From positions 3,586 to 67,585 of the forward strand of contig JANYIO010000033.1 in NCBI GenBank assembly GCA_025362015.1: 64,000 nucleotides of DNA, read 5' to 3'. The DNA is from Gammaproteobacteria bacterium. GTDB lineage: Bacteria; Pseudomonadota; Gammaproteobacteria; Pseudomonadales; Cellvibrionaceae. Below the pieces are notes generated by a model. It saw nothing but the letters and a program-made list of their open reading frames with translations, made no database searches and was not told the origin of the DNA. Positions 1 to 9,339 of this stretch are shown here, piece by piece; position 1 is the first letter of the stretch, and every line of letters starts with the position of its first letter. The position numbers and the translations under genes are program-made.

Positions 1-2
1 AT

Positions 3-1943
3 GACAACTTAAGCTCACGGTTTTTAGACGAGTACCTTAAGACTCTGGATAGCGCAAAAAACTTTTTGTTAGCCTCAGATATTGCCGAATTTGATAAATA
101 TCGTAAAACCTTTGATGACGATTTCAAAGTGGGTAACCTCGACCATAGCTTTGCGATTTATAATCGTTTTAACGAGCGTTTTATAACTCGTTTAAATGAA
201 GTTGTTGCACAGCTTGATAAAAAAGATAGCAACTTTAATTTTACGATTGAAGAGTCCATTAATACCGACCGTAAAAATGAAGCCTGGCCAGCAAACAAGG
301 AAGCCGCCGATAAATTATGGCAACAATATATTAAATCAAATTTATTAAGTTCAATGCTATCGGGGAAATCCCTGGAAGAAAGTAAAATTACGTTGCGCAA
401 ACGTTATACCAATCAATTGCGTCGCATTAAACAGCAAACTTCCGAAGAAGCTTTTAGTGTCATGATGAATTCACTCAGCATGCTTTATGATCCGCACACC
501 AATTATTTATCACCTGAAAATTCAGAAAATTTTAATATCAGCATGTCCTTGTCGTTGCAAGGCATTGGCGCAGTATTACAAAGTGATGAGGACTACACCA
601 AAGTTATTAGCCTTGTTCCTGGTGGCCCGGCAGACAAAGAAGGCGAACTCAAACCCAACGATAAAATTATTTCTATTGCCCAAGGTCTTAAAGGCGAATT
701 TGACGATGTAGTCGGCTGGCGTTTAGATGAAGTCGTTAAAAAAATTCGCGGCGAAAAAGGCACTATTGTACGGCTTGAAGTTATACCGGCCAACCCAACT
801 GCAACCGGCAATAAAAAAATTACGATTAAGCGTGAGACGGTAAAACTCGAAGACCAAGCGGCTAAAAAAGCTATCTTCAGTGTGAATAATGGCAAGCAAA
901 ATTTTAAAGTAGGCGTTATTGATATCCCAACTTTTTACATGGACTTTGAAGCATTTAATCGTCGTGATCCCAATTACAAAAGCACTACCCGCGACGTTTA
1001 TAAATTATTGGACGAGCTACATACAGAAAAAGTTGACGGTGTAATTATTGACTTACGTGAAAATGGCGGCGGTTCATTACCAGAAGCGGCAATGCTGACT
1101 AATTTATTTATTGATCCTGGCCCTGTCGTACAAATTCGCCAAAACGACGACAGTATTTCACGCGATTACCGTGCAACAAGCCCTGCCGTTTATCGTGGGC
1201 CTTTAATGATTATTACCAATCGCCTCAGCGCTTCAGCATCCGAAATTTTTGCCGGCGCCATACAAGATTACGGCCGTGGCTTGATCGTTGGCTCTACCAC
1301 TTTTGGTAAGGGCTCAGTGCAAACCATGATGCCGATAGAAAAAGGTGAAGGTGACTTAAAAATTACTCAATCGAAATTCTATCGCGTCTCTGGCGACAGC
1401 ACGCAACATCGCGGCGTAATTCCTGATATAGAATTCCCCACGTTAATTAACACGAAAGAAATCGGCGAAAGCAGTTATGACAATGCTTTACCTTGGGATC
1501 AAATTCATCCGGCGCCGCATGACATTTACTACAACATTAATAGTTATGTTCCACAATTGAATCCACTCCACCAGGAGCGCATGAAAACTGATCCAGATTT
1601 TATATTCCTAAAGCAACAAGCTTCACTTTACGAGGAACTGAGTAATAAAAAATTAGTTTCTTTACGTTTGGCTACCCGCCAACAAGAACAACAAAAAATA
1701 GAACAACGCACACTGGATATGGAAAACCAAAAACGCAAAGCCAAAGGCCAAGCGATTTACGCCAACTATGCGGCTTACAAAGCTAAGGAATTAAAGAAAG
1801 ATGATGAGGACGCACCTGAAGAACCCAAGAAAAAGGAATTGGAGCCAGAAAAAGATCCTTACTTAATGGAATCGGGAAAAATTATGGGTGATTTTATTCA
1901 GGAAATAAAAAAACAAGCTGATGCAAAAGTCGCCAAGCATTAA
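3..1943 (+). CDS. prc: Tail-specific (C-terminal processing) protease, S41A; 5' end lies outside the window
   Basis: Frame open from position 3 (DNLSSRFLDEYLKTLD...). PDZ region GIGAVL, DLRENGGG, SASASEIFAG (catalytic Ser) and TFGKGSVQ (catalytic Lys). Confidence 0.93.
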   Translation, partial: DNLSSRFLDEYLKTLDSAKNFLLASDIAEFDKYRKTFDDDFKVGNLDHSFAIYNRFNERFITRLNEVVAQLDKKDSNFNFTIEESINTDRKNEAWPANKEAADKLWQQYIKSNLLSSMLSGKSLEESKITLRKRYTNQLRRIKQQTSEEAFSVMMNSLSMLYDPHTNYLSPENSENFNISMSLSLQGIGAVLQSDEDYTKVISLVPGGPADKEGELKPNDKIISIAQGLKGEFDDVVGWRLDEVVKKIRGEKGTIVRLEVIPANPTATGNKKITIKRETVKLEDQAAKKAIFSVNNGKQNFKVGVIDIPTFYMDFEAFNRRDPNYKSTTRDVYKLLDELHTEKVDGVIIDLRENGGGSLPEAAMLTNLFIDPGPVVQIRQNDDSISRDYRATSPAVYRGPLMIITNRLSASASEIFAGAIQDYGRGLIVGSTTFGKGSVQTMMPIEKGEGDLKITQSKFYRVSGDSTQHRGVIPDIEFPTLINTKEIGESSYDNALPWDQIHPAPHDIYYNINSYVPQLNPLHQERMKTDPDFIFLKQQASLYEELSNKKLVSLRLATRQQEQQKIEQRTLDMENQKRKAKGQAIYANYAAYKAKELKKDDEDAPEEPKKKELEPEKDPYLMESGKIMGDFIQEIKKQADAKVAKH

Positions 1944-1964
1944 TTTAATGATTTAATAAAGACT

Positions 1965-1993
1965 AAAAAACCCGAGTATTGCTCGGGTTTTTT
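1965..1993. terminator. Intrinsic terminator after prc
   Basis: AAAAAACCCGAG-tattg-CTCGGGTTTTTT. Confidence 0.8.
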
Positions 1994-2012
1994 CATTAGG
2001 ATTAAACACAAT

Positions 2013-2825
2013 ATGAAAGCAATCTCATTCAATGTAAATAGCATTCGCATGCGAATGCATCAACTACAGGCTGTAATCGATACACAGCAACCAGATTTTA
2101 TTGGTTTACAAGAAACCAAAGTAAACGACCCTGACTTTCCTTTAGCGGATATAGAAAAGCTTGGCTATCACTTTGTTTTTCACGGACAAAAAACTCATTA
2201 TGGTGTTGCACTACTTTCAAAGCATCCATTTAAGAAAGTTATTAAGGGCTTCCCGGGTGATGATGAGCACGCGCAACGCCGTTTTATTGGCGGCGTTTTT
2301 GACTCGCCTTTTGGGGGTGAAATTACCGTATTCAATGGCTACTTTCCCCAAGGTGAAAGCCGCGACCACGCCATTAAATTTCCTGCTAAAGAAAAATATT
2401 ATGCCAATTTAATGAATTACTTACGCGCAGAATTTAATCCTGAGCAACAAATTATCATCATGGGCGATATGAACATTTCGCATCAGGATTGCGATATCGG
2501 CATAGGTGAAGATAATCGCAAGCGCTGGTTGCGCACGGGAAAATGCAGTTTCTTACCAGAAGAACGTGTGTGGCTAAACGATTTATTAACATGGGGTTTA
2601 AAAGATACGTTCCGCGAAGCCAATCCTACTATTGATAATATTTTTAGCTGGTTTGATTATCGTAGCGCTGGCTTTGAAGACAACCCAAAACGCGGCCTGC
2701 GGATAGATTTAATTTTAGCAACACAAGTACTGCAGGCGCGCTGTATCGATACCGGTATTGACTACACCATTCGCGGCATGGAAAAATCATCTGACCACTG
2801 TCCCATTTGGGCAAGCTTTAATTAA
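2013..2825 (+). CDS. xthA: Exodeoxyribonuclease III
   Basis: [44 protein letters not shown] and SDHCP motifs. Confidence 0.95.
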   Translation: MKAISFNVNSIRMRMHQLQAVIDTQQPDFIGLQETKVNDPDFPLADIEKLGYHFVFHGQKTHYGVALLSKHPFKKVIKGFPGDDEHAQRRFIGGVFDSPFGGEITVFNGYFPQGESRDHAIKFPAKEKYYANLMNYLRAEFNPEQQIIIMGDMNISHQDCDIGIGEDNRKRWLRTGKCSFLPEERVWLNDLLTWGLKDTFREANPTIDNIFSWFDYRSAGFEDNPKRGLRIDLILATQVLQARCIDTGIDYTIRGMEKSSDHCPIWASFN

Positions 2826-2833
2826 CATCCCTC

Positions 2834-2875
2834 AAAATTAAACACCTCGCCGCAAGCAGCGAGGTGTTTAATTTT
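2834..2875. terminator. Long hairpin between convergent genes, probable bidirectional terminator
   Basis: Perfect 17-bp arms AAAATTAAACACCTCGC / GCGAGGTGTTTAATTTT. Confidence 0.7.
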
Positions 2876-3000
2876 GTTCCAAAAATCCATTTCGTGGCAA
2901 ACCACGGGGAATTTAACCCTCGCTTGCGATTAAAAGCCTAAAGTTGTTTTGTAACAAATAGGCTTTTAAGTTATCAGCAAGCGATTTTGTTTTCAACAAG

Positions 3001-6000
3001 CTATTTGTGAAATGAAATATCTAGCAGCTGTAATTCACTGGTTGATTTTTCAGTGCTGCGAATAGCCAAATAGATATCTTGCACATCATTTTGCGTTTGT
3101 AACTTTAATAAAGTACGCGAATAAGTCTCTAGTATTTTCCCCATTATTTCACCACTCGCCAACACAGTGCCAGTATCTGAGCCTAAACGTAACTCAAATT
3201 GCCACTGTGCATTTTGTTTTGTCACCCAGGCACCAATACGTAAAGCATCAATATTATTGAGATCATATTCACCTAAACGCAGAGTTAACCAATTCCCTGT
3301 TGCCGGAACTTTAAGTGTATCTCGCTTGTTATATTTATCTTGCACAATTAATTTGTTTAAAGGGTAATCATTAACGATAGACGTTAATAAAAACCGCGCG
3401 GGAATCAATACAAGAGATTTTTTCGCTGTGATTGGTCCAATATTAGCGCTACCCTTGTCAGTATAGGCAATGTTAAGTTCATACTTTTCTGTCGCAAACT
3501 CTTTAGGTTCTTCAGGTGAATCAAATAATTTTTGCAACTGAGCATTTGCTAAAAATGGTAACTCGCCTTGCAATGGCATTGTTTTTTTAACGGTGGCGAG
3601 CGAAAGCACATAGGTTGCCAGTGCGGTTCTATCACCTTCACTTAGCGTTGCAAACGCAGGCATATTAGGTTCGCCCCAGGCACCGTTGCCACCTTTAGCA
3701 ATTTTATTGATTAGATATTTAAGTGCATTTTTATCATTTTTGTAGCGTGCTGCTACATCTTTAAAAGCAGGCCCCACAATTTTTATATCAATGTTGTGGC
3801 AACTTTTACAGCCATTCGCACGCATCAAATCTTGCGCTATTGTTGCAATATCCGCTGTTTGATGACCTTCTGCAGGTGCACTGTCACCAGTTTTTTGTAA
3901 TGCAAAAGCAATAACGACATTATTGAATGCATCGCCGTCTTTAACTGCACTGCCTTCTTTAACAAGATTGCTCTCTTTAACAGCACCATCCTCTTTATCA
4001 TTAATGGTCACAGTGTATTTTAATAATTTAGTATTAGGCCAATAAAACGTTTTGTTGCCTTCAATGTTTACGTCTATTTGTGCAGGCTCATTACCTACTT
4101 GAATTTCATTATCAACGGAGGCACTTGCACCCAAAGGATCTTTAGCGACTAACGTCAATTTATATTCACCGGGTTCGGTAATATTAATTTCTTGTTGCTC
4201 GCTATTACCCAAAAATAAAGCCTCCGCTTTTACATTTTTTGGTTTTAACGACCAGGTATACGTTAATTTATCACCATCTAAATCAACAGAATTTTGTGCA
4301 CTCACCATAGTTTTAAACGGTGCAGCGCCTTGCATTTTATCGATGGAAATTTTCGCCTCGGGTGGACGATTACCCGCGCCAACAAATTCAATGCGCGACA
4401 AGCGCGCATCAGCATTCGCTTTAAACCAGGCAGAACCATACTCAAGCACATACAAAGTGCCATCCGGTGCGAAGCGCGAATCAATGGGTAAAACATAGGG
4501 AATTTGCGGAGCAAAGGGTTCAATTTTTATAATGCGGCCAAATTCATCAAAGCTGACGGCTTTAATCCAGTTACGCATAAAATCTACAATAAATAATTTT
4601 TTGTTGTAATACGCAGGATAACGATATTCACTCGCAGGATACTCTTCCGCATGATAAACGTCGGCAACCAAAGCACAGCGGCCGCCCTTGCCCAGCTCAG
4701 GAAAAAATTCTGAGGCACCATATGGATACCAAAGCAATGGGCGCTGCGCGGGAGGTAACTGTTTTAAGCCAGTATTACGCGGAGAATTATTTAAAGGTGC
4801 AAGCGGGTTAAACATTTTCCCTGATTGCTGCGTCGTGTAATCGTAATCTATAAATGCATAATTATTACCTAAAAATAATGGCCAACCAAAATTACCTGGA
4901 GCTGCAGCCCGATTTATTTCGTCATAACCACGCGGGCCCTGTACGACAGAATCTTCTCCCGCATCTGGCCCAACATCACCAAAGAATAACGTAGAGCTGG
5001 CTTTATCATAGGTAATTTTGTAAGGGTTACGTGCGCCCATAACATAAATTTCTGGCAGACCGTCTTTCGGATTAGTAAACAAATTACCTTTGGGGATATC
5101 GTAACCGCCCGATTCTAAAGGTTTTATACGAAGTATTTTGCCACGAAAATCTTGCGTATTTCCCGCGCTACGCAAGGCATCATTTTTTTCATAATCGGCG
5201 CGAAAATCTATTGGCGCATAACCATTTTGATCATGAGGATTACTGTTATCCCCAGTCGACATAAATAATTCACCATTTTTACCAAACTCTAAATCACCCG
5301 CAGTGTGACAACAATTTTTATTCACCGGGTACTCTAGTAATACCTGTTGAGATTTTTCATCTATTTTTCCATCAACCCATTTGAAGCGCGCCAAGCGTTG
5401 AAAATAGTCACCTTCTTTTTCAACGTTTAAGACAGCATAAATAAAATGATTACGTTCAAAATCAGGGTCAATGGCAAAACCTAACAGGCCCATTTCCAGA
5501 AAGTTTTGATAATTAACAGTGAGATTGCCGGCTTCGTGCATCTCTCCCGTTTTATAATCAACTACTTTTACACCACCAGCGCGCTCCGCAATTAAAGCAT
5601 CGCCATTGGGAAAAAAGCTGACATTAATAGGTTCATTTAAATTATCTACCACGGTTTTTTTTATAAACCGATTATTTTCAGGGCGCGATTTGCTGTAATC
5701 AAGTTTTGGCTTTCCGCCAATGGCATACTTCAACCCTTTCAATAGCATCGTAATAAAATAGGGATTGGAATAAATTTCTGTCGTATGACCAAGGCCCGTA
5801 TAGAAGGATCGACCACCATCAAATTCGTGCCGCCAGGCGATGGGATGATACGGACCTTGCCCGCCCCCGTAATAGGATTTTTCATCAACTGTCAGCAATA
5901 CTTTATTGAATTCATAAAAATCACCATAGTCATACCATTCGTCCGCAATCTCAAAAGAAGACGGTATGGGTTCATCCGCGAAGAAAAGTGCATCCTTTAC

Positions 6001-6531
6001 ATCCACCTTAGCTATTTGTACATTACTTGGCTGGTTGGGATGACTTTTAAAAACAGCTCCCACCAATTTGCGATACCAATACCAGTCACCTTCCCATTCT
6101 GTATCTGCCGCCGCATGAATACCGACAAAACCACCGCCGGCTTGAATAAAACGCTCCATAGCAATTTGTTGCTCATCATTCAGCACATCCAATGTCGTGT
6201 TTAAAAAGACAATAGTATTGAATGTACTGAGTTGCGCATCAGTAAAATATTCTGCATCTTCAGTGGCCACTACGGTAAAAAAATTTTCCGTCGCCATTTT
6301 TTGCAGTGCCGCTAATCCAGCAGGAATGGAATCATGACGCCAACCTTTGGTTTTTGAAAAAACCAAAATATGTGCATCTTTTATCTCAGGACTCAATAGC
6401 GATGTATTTTTACTTGCATCGATTACCGACGTTGGCGTCAAGTCTGTAGGCGTTGGATTACCGCAACTGACCGTCAACACCAAAACCACACTGCAAAAAC
6501 TAACCTTTGCAAAAATAAAAAATATACGCAT
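3001..6531 (-). CDS. Multidomain lipoprotein: ThuA-like + PQQ-type glucose/sorbosone dehydrogenase + PKD + class I cytochrome c + C-terminal CBM6-like beta-sandwich
   Basis: Lipobox TVSC. ThuA motifs FSKTKGWRHDSIP, GGGFVGIHAA, DEWY and GGRSFYTGLGH. GSDH motifs CCHTAG, STGDN, GARNPY, DVGPD and GNFGWP. PKD SVDLDGDKLTYTW. Heme CKSCH with PNMPAF. The CBM6 call is weaker. Confidence 0.8.
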   Translation of the reverse strand: MRIFFIFAKVSFCSVVLVLTVSCGNPTPTDLTPTSVIDASKNTSLLSPEIKDAHILVFSKTKGWRHDSIPAGLAALQKMATENFFTVVATEDAEYFTDAQLSTFNTIVFLNTTLDVLNDEQQIAMERFIQAGGGFVGIHAAADTEWEGDWYWYRKLVGAVFKSHPNQPSNVQIAKVDVKDALFFADEPIPSSFEIADEWYDYGDFYEFNKVLLTVDEKSYYGGGQGPYHPIAWRHEFDGGRSFYTGLGHTTEIYSNPYFITMLLKGLKYAIGGKPKLDYSKSRPENNRFIKKTVVDNLNEPINVSFFPNGDALIAERAGGVKVVDYKTGEMHEAGNLTVNYQNFLEMGLLGFAIDPDFERNHFIYAVLNVEKEGDYFQRLARFKWVDGKIDEKSQQVLLEYPVNKNCCHTAGDLEFGKNGELFMSTGDNSNPHDQNGYAPIDFRADYEKNDALRSAGNTQDFRGKILRIKPLESGGYDIPKGNLFTNPKDGLPEIYVMGARNPYKITYDKASSTLFFGDVGPDAGEDSVVQGPRGYDEINRAAAPGNFGWPLFLGNNYAFIDYDYTTQQSGKMFNPLAPLNNSPRNTGLKQLPPAQRPLLWYPYGASEFFPELGKGGRCALVADVYHAEEYPASEYRYPAYYNKKLFIVDFMRNWIKAVSFDEFGRIIKIEPFAPQIPYVLPIDSRFAPDGTLYVLEYGSAWFKANADARLSRIEFVGAGNRPPEAKISIDKMQGAAPFKTMVSAQNSVDLDGDKLTYTWSLKPKNVKAEALFLGNSEQQEINITEPGEYKLTLVAKDPLGASASVDNEIQVGNEPAQIDVNIEGNKTFYWPNTKLLKYTVTINDKEDGAVKESNLVKEGSAVKDGDAFNNVVIAFALQKTGDSAPAEGHQTADIATIAQDLMRANGCKSCHNIDIKIVGPAFKDVAARYKNDKNALKYLINKIAKGGNGAWGEPNMPAFATLSEGDRTALATYVLSLATVKKTMPLQGELPFLANAQLQKLFDSPEEPKEFATEKYELNIAYTDKGSANIGPITAKKSLVLIPARFLLTSIVNDYPLNKLIVQDKYNKRDTLKVPATGNWLTLRLGEYDLNNIDALRIGAWVTKQNAQWQFELRLGSDTGTVLASGEIMGKILETYSRTLLKLQTQNDVQDIYLAIRSTEKSTSELQLLDISFHK

Positions 6532-6822
6532 TTTAATTCCTTAGATGAACTTAAAATGATTGCCCGCGCCTACATGTACTATGCGGCCCAATCATGAGGA
6601 AGAATCGGCATAACACAACCAAATTGTGTGAAAATGATCCTATAACAACTTAAATAGTAAAATTATTGTCATATTGTAGCTAAATTATGCCCCAACAAGT
6701 AGCTAACCTCTATGCATATTGTTTACAAATAGTTACACTCTTTTCACGGGCCTAGTTCTTAATTTAGAAGTCAATAATTAGTCCGTTCACTCTATACATT
6801 GTCCATACTGACGGAGCCTTCC

Positions 6823-7044
6823 ATGAAAATTTCTCATATTATTGCATCATTCGTTTTAGCATTAGGTTTGTTGAGCGGCTGTTCAAAACCAACTCCAGCT
6901 CCAGAAGCTCCAGCACCAGCTGCAGAAGTTGCTCCAGCACCAGCTGCAGAAGTTGCTCCGGCTCCAGAAGCTGCTCCTGCTGCTACTGAAGTTGCTCCTG
7001 CTGCAGCTGAACCTGCTCCTGCTGCACCAGCACCGGCTAATTAA
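6823..7044 (+). CDS. Small Pro/Ala/Glu-rich lipoprotein
   Basis: GGAG RBS at 6813, ATG at 6823, lipobox LLSGC, then APAAEVAP-type repeats; strong terminator follows. Confidence 0.75.
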   Translation: MKISHIIASFVLALGLLSGCSKPTPAPEAPAPAAEVAPAPAAEVAPAPEAAPAATEVAPAAAEPAPAAPAPAN

Positions 7045-7080
7045 TTTTATTAGCTACTTAGCGCTACGGTGTTAAGTAAT

Positions 7081-7113
7081 AGAAAAAAGGCCGCTTTAAG
7101 CGGCCTTTTTTCT
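7081..7113. terminator. Intrinsic terminator
   Basis: AGAAAAAAGGCCGCT-tta-AGCGGCCTTTTTTCT. Confidence 0.8.
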
Positions 7114-7235
7114 TGGTTAAAATTTGATATCTTTAACTTAATATTGAATGCATTCTCTGTTTGTCGTTTAAAATACTCGCTTAAAATATTCCCCTAAATA
7201 TTCCCTTAAATATAGTCGCTTACAAAAGGATTCAC

Positions 7236-8882
7236 ATGCCACGCGAACAAATGCATTACGACGTTGTTATTATTGGTGCTGGCCCGGCAGGATTAGCTGC
7301 TGCCTGCCGCTTACGTCAAATCGACTCGTCAGTCAGCGTATGCCTACTTGAAAAAGGTGCTGAAATTGGAGCCCACATTCTCTCTGGCGCAGTTTTTGAA
7401 CCCAAAGCCCTAGCAGAGCTGTTTCCCAATTGGCGCGAACTCGGCGCACCTATTACCACCGTAGTGAATGCAGAAAACTGGTTTTACCTGCGCTCCAATA
7501 AAAAAGCGTTAGAAATCCCCAATGGCCTGTTACCCGCAACACTGCATAATGATAGTAATTACATCATCAGTCTTGGTCAGTTATGCCAATGGCTCGGCGA
7601 GCAAGCAACGGCTTTGGGGGTAGATATTTTCCCAGGCTTTGCTGCTGCACAAGTACTTTACCGTGACGATGGTAGCGTTGGTGGTGTCATTACGGGTGAC
7701 ATGGGACGCGCCGCGGATGGCAGCGAAAAATCTGATTTTGCCGAAGGTATAGAACTGCACGGTAAATACACTTTATTTTGCGAAGGCTCACGCGGCCATC
7801 TTGGCAAAGAGTTAATTTCTCATTTCAATCTAGATAAAAATAAAGACCCACAACACTACGCACTCGGTGTTAAAGAAATTTGGCGCGTACCTGCTGCACA
7901 GCATAAAGCTGGATTAGTATTGCATTCTTTTGGTTGGCCACTCAGTGAAACCAACACTAGTGGTGGGGGTTTTTTATATCACGCAGGCAACGCAGAAACG
8001 ACAGAAATTGCCGTCGGTTTAATAACTGATCTCTGCTACAGCAACCCACACCTCAGCCCATTTGATGAATTTCAGCGCTACAAACATCACCCTGTTATTG
8101 CGCAATATTTGCAAGGTGGTGAACGTATTGCTTACGGTGCACGCGCAATCACTAAAGGTGGCGTGCAATCGCAACCACAAATGTTTTTTGCCGGCGGACT
8201 CTTATTAGGTGATGATGCAGGTACATTAAATTTTACTAAAATTAAAGGCAGCCACACCGCTATGAAAAGCGGAATGATAGGTGCAGAAGTCATTATCAAA
8301 GCACTCTCTGCTGGGCGCACCCATGATGAGCTCAGAGAATTTAAAACTGCTTACGCAAATTCATGGGCATATCAAGAATTATTTGCACAACGCAATATAG
8401 GCCCGGCGCAACAAAAATTTGGCACACAACTCGGTAGCGTTTACAGCTTTTTTGATATGCATCTGCGCGGAAAATTACCCTGGACTTTGCACAACAAGCG
8501 CGCCGATCACACACAATTAAAAACTACATCGCAAGCTACGCCCATTAACTACCCAAAACCTGATGGTAAATTAAGCTTTGATAAATTATCGTCCGTATAT
8601 TTATCCAATACCAATCACGCTGAAAACCAACCTTGTCACTTGCACTTAAAAGATACAAGCGTACCCATTAATATAAATCTCGTGCACTATGATGAACCGG
8701 CTCAACGTTATTGCCCTGCTGGCGTTTATGAAATTATTGTCACAGGTAGTGGTGAGAAAAAACTACACATTAATTCGCAAAATTGCGTCCATTGCAAAAC
8801 CTGCGACATTAAAGATCCAACTCAAAATATCGAATGGGTTACTCCGGAAGGTGGTGGCGGGCCAAATTATTCGGCGATGTAA
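7236..8882 (+). CDS. Electron transfer flavoprotein-ubiquinone oxidoreductase
   Basis: GAGPAGL FAD motif, EKGAEIGAHILSGA, IKGSHTAMKSG, and C-terminal 4Fe-4S RYCPAGVYE / NCVHCKTCDIKDP / PEGGGGPNY. Confidence 0.95.
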   Translation: MPREQMHYDVVIIGAGPAGLAAACRLRQIDSSVSVCLLEKGAEIGAHILSGAVFEPKALAELFPNWRELGAPITTVVNAENWFYLRSNKKALEIPNGLLPATLHNDSNYIISLGQLCQWLGEQATALGVDIFPGFAAAQVLYRDDGSVGGVITGDMGRAADGSEKSDFAEGIELHGKYTLFCEGSRGHLGKELISHFNLDKNKDPQHYALGVKEIWRVPAAQHKAGLVLHSFGWPLSETNTSGGGFLYHAGNAETTEIAVGLITDLCYSNPHLSPFDEFQRYKHHPVIAQYLQGGERIAYGARAITKGGVQSQPQMFFAGGLLLGDDAGTLNFTKIKGSHTAMKSGMIGAEVIIKALSAGRTHDELREFKTAYANSWAYQELFAQRNIGPAQQKFGTQLGSVYSFFDMHLRGKLPWTLHNKRADHTQLKTTSQATPINYPKPDGKLSFDKLSSVYLSNTNHAENQPCHLHLKDTSVPININLVHYDEPAQRYCPAGVYEIIVTGSGEKKLHINSQNCVHCKTCDIKDPTQNIEWVTPEGGGGPNYSAM

Positions 8883-9339
8883 GACGTTTTTAAATACTCG
8901 AAAAATTAAAATAACCTAAAACTTCAATTAAAGTTTTTAAAGCATCAAAAGCAGCTTTGCACAATAATCATCGGGAGAAAACTCCCGAGATTTCTCTCTT
9001 TATATATTTTCTTTTTCCATATTATTTTCATTACCATCATTAGGTTGCTCTACTTTTTTGTAGAGCACTGCGAGCAATCTTGCCAATCCTAATCATATTA
9101 TTCATAACCAAAATGATGTGCTTCCAGTATGCATATCAATGAGCGTTACTGTTGAGTCAGTACAACTCATTTTCAGGTAACCTTTTTCAGAGGAATTTGC
9201 GTTACTTTTGTAAGATTTTTAAAGTTTATTGAAATAATGTGGTCAGGCGGTAAGATGGCTTGGCAATGCCAAAGACGATTTCTATCGCGTTTGCCTCCGA
9301 TTGGATGCGAACTTTTTAACATCAAATAGAGGAAGCAAC

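Noticed and set aside
2892-2984. GGCAAACC-containing hairpin plus a long imperfect stem (TCGCTTGC...GCAAGCGA) as a c-di-GMP-I riboswitch
   Set aside because: It lies between two convergent 3' ends and lacks the GNRA tetraloop/receptor arrangement; more likely terminator-type or repeat hairpins.
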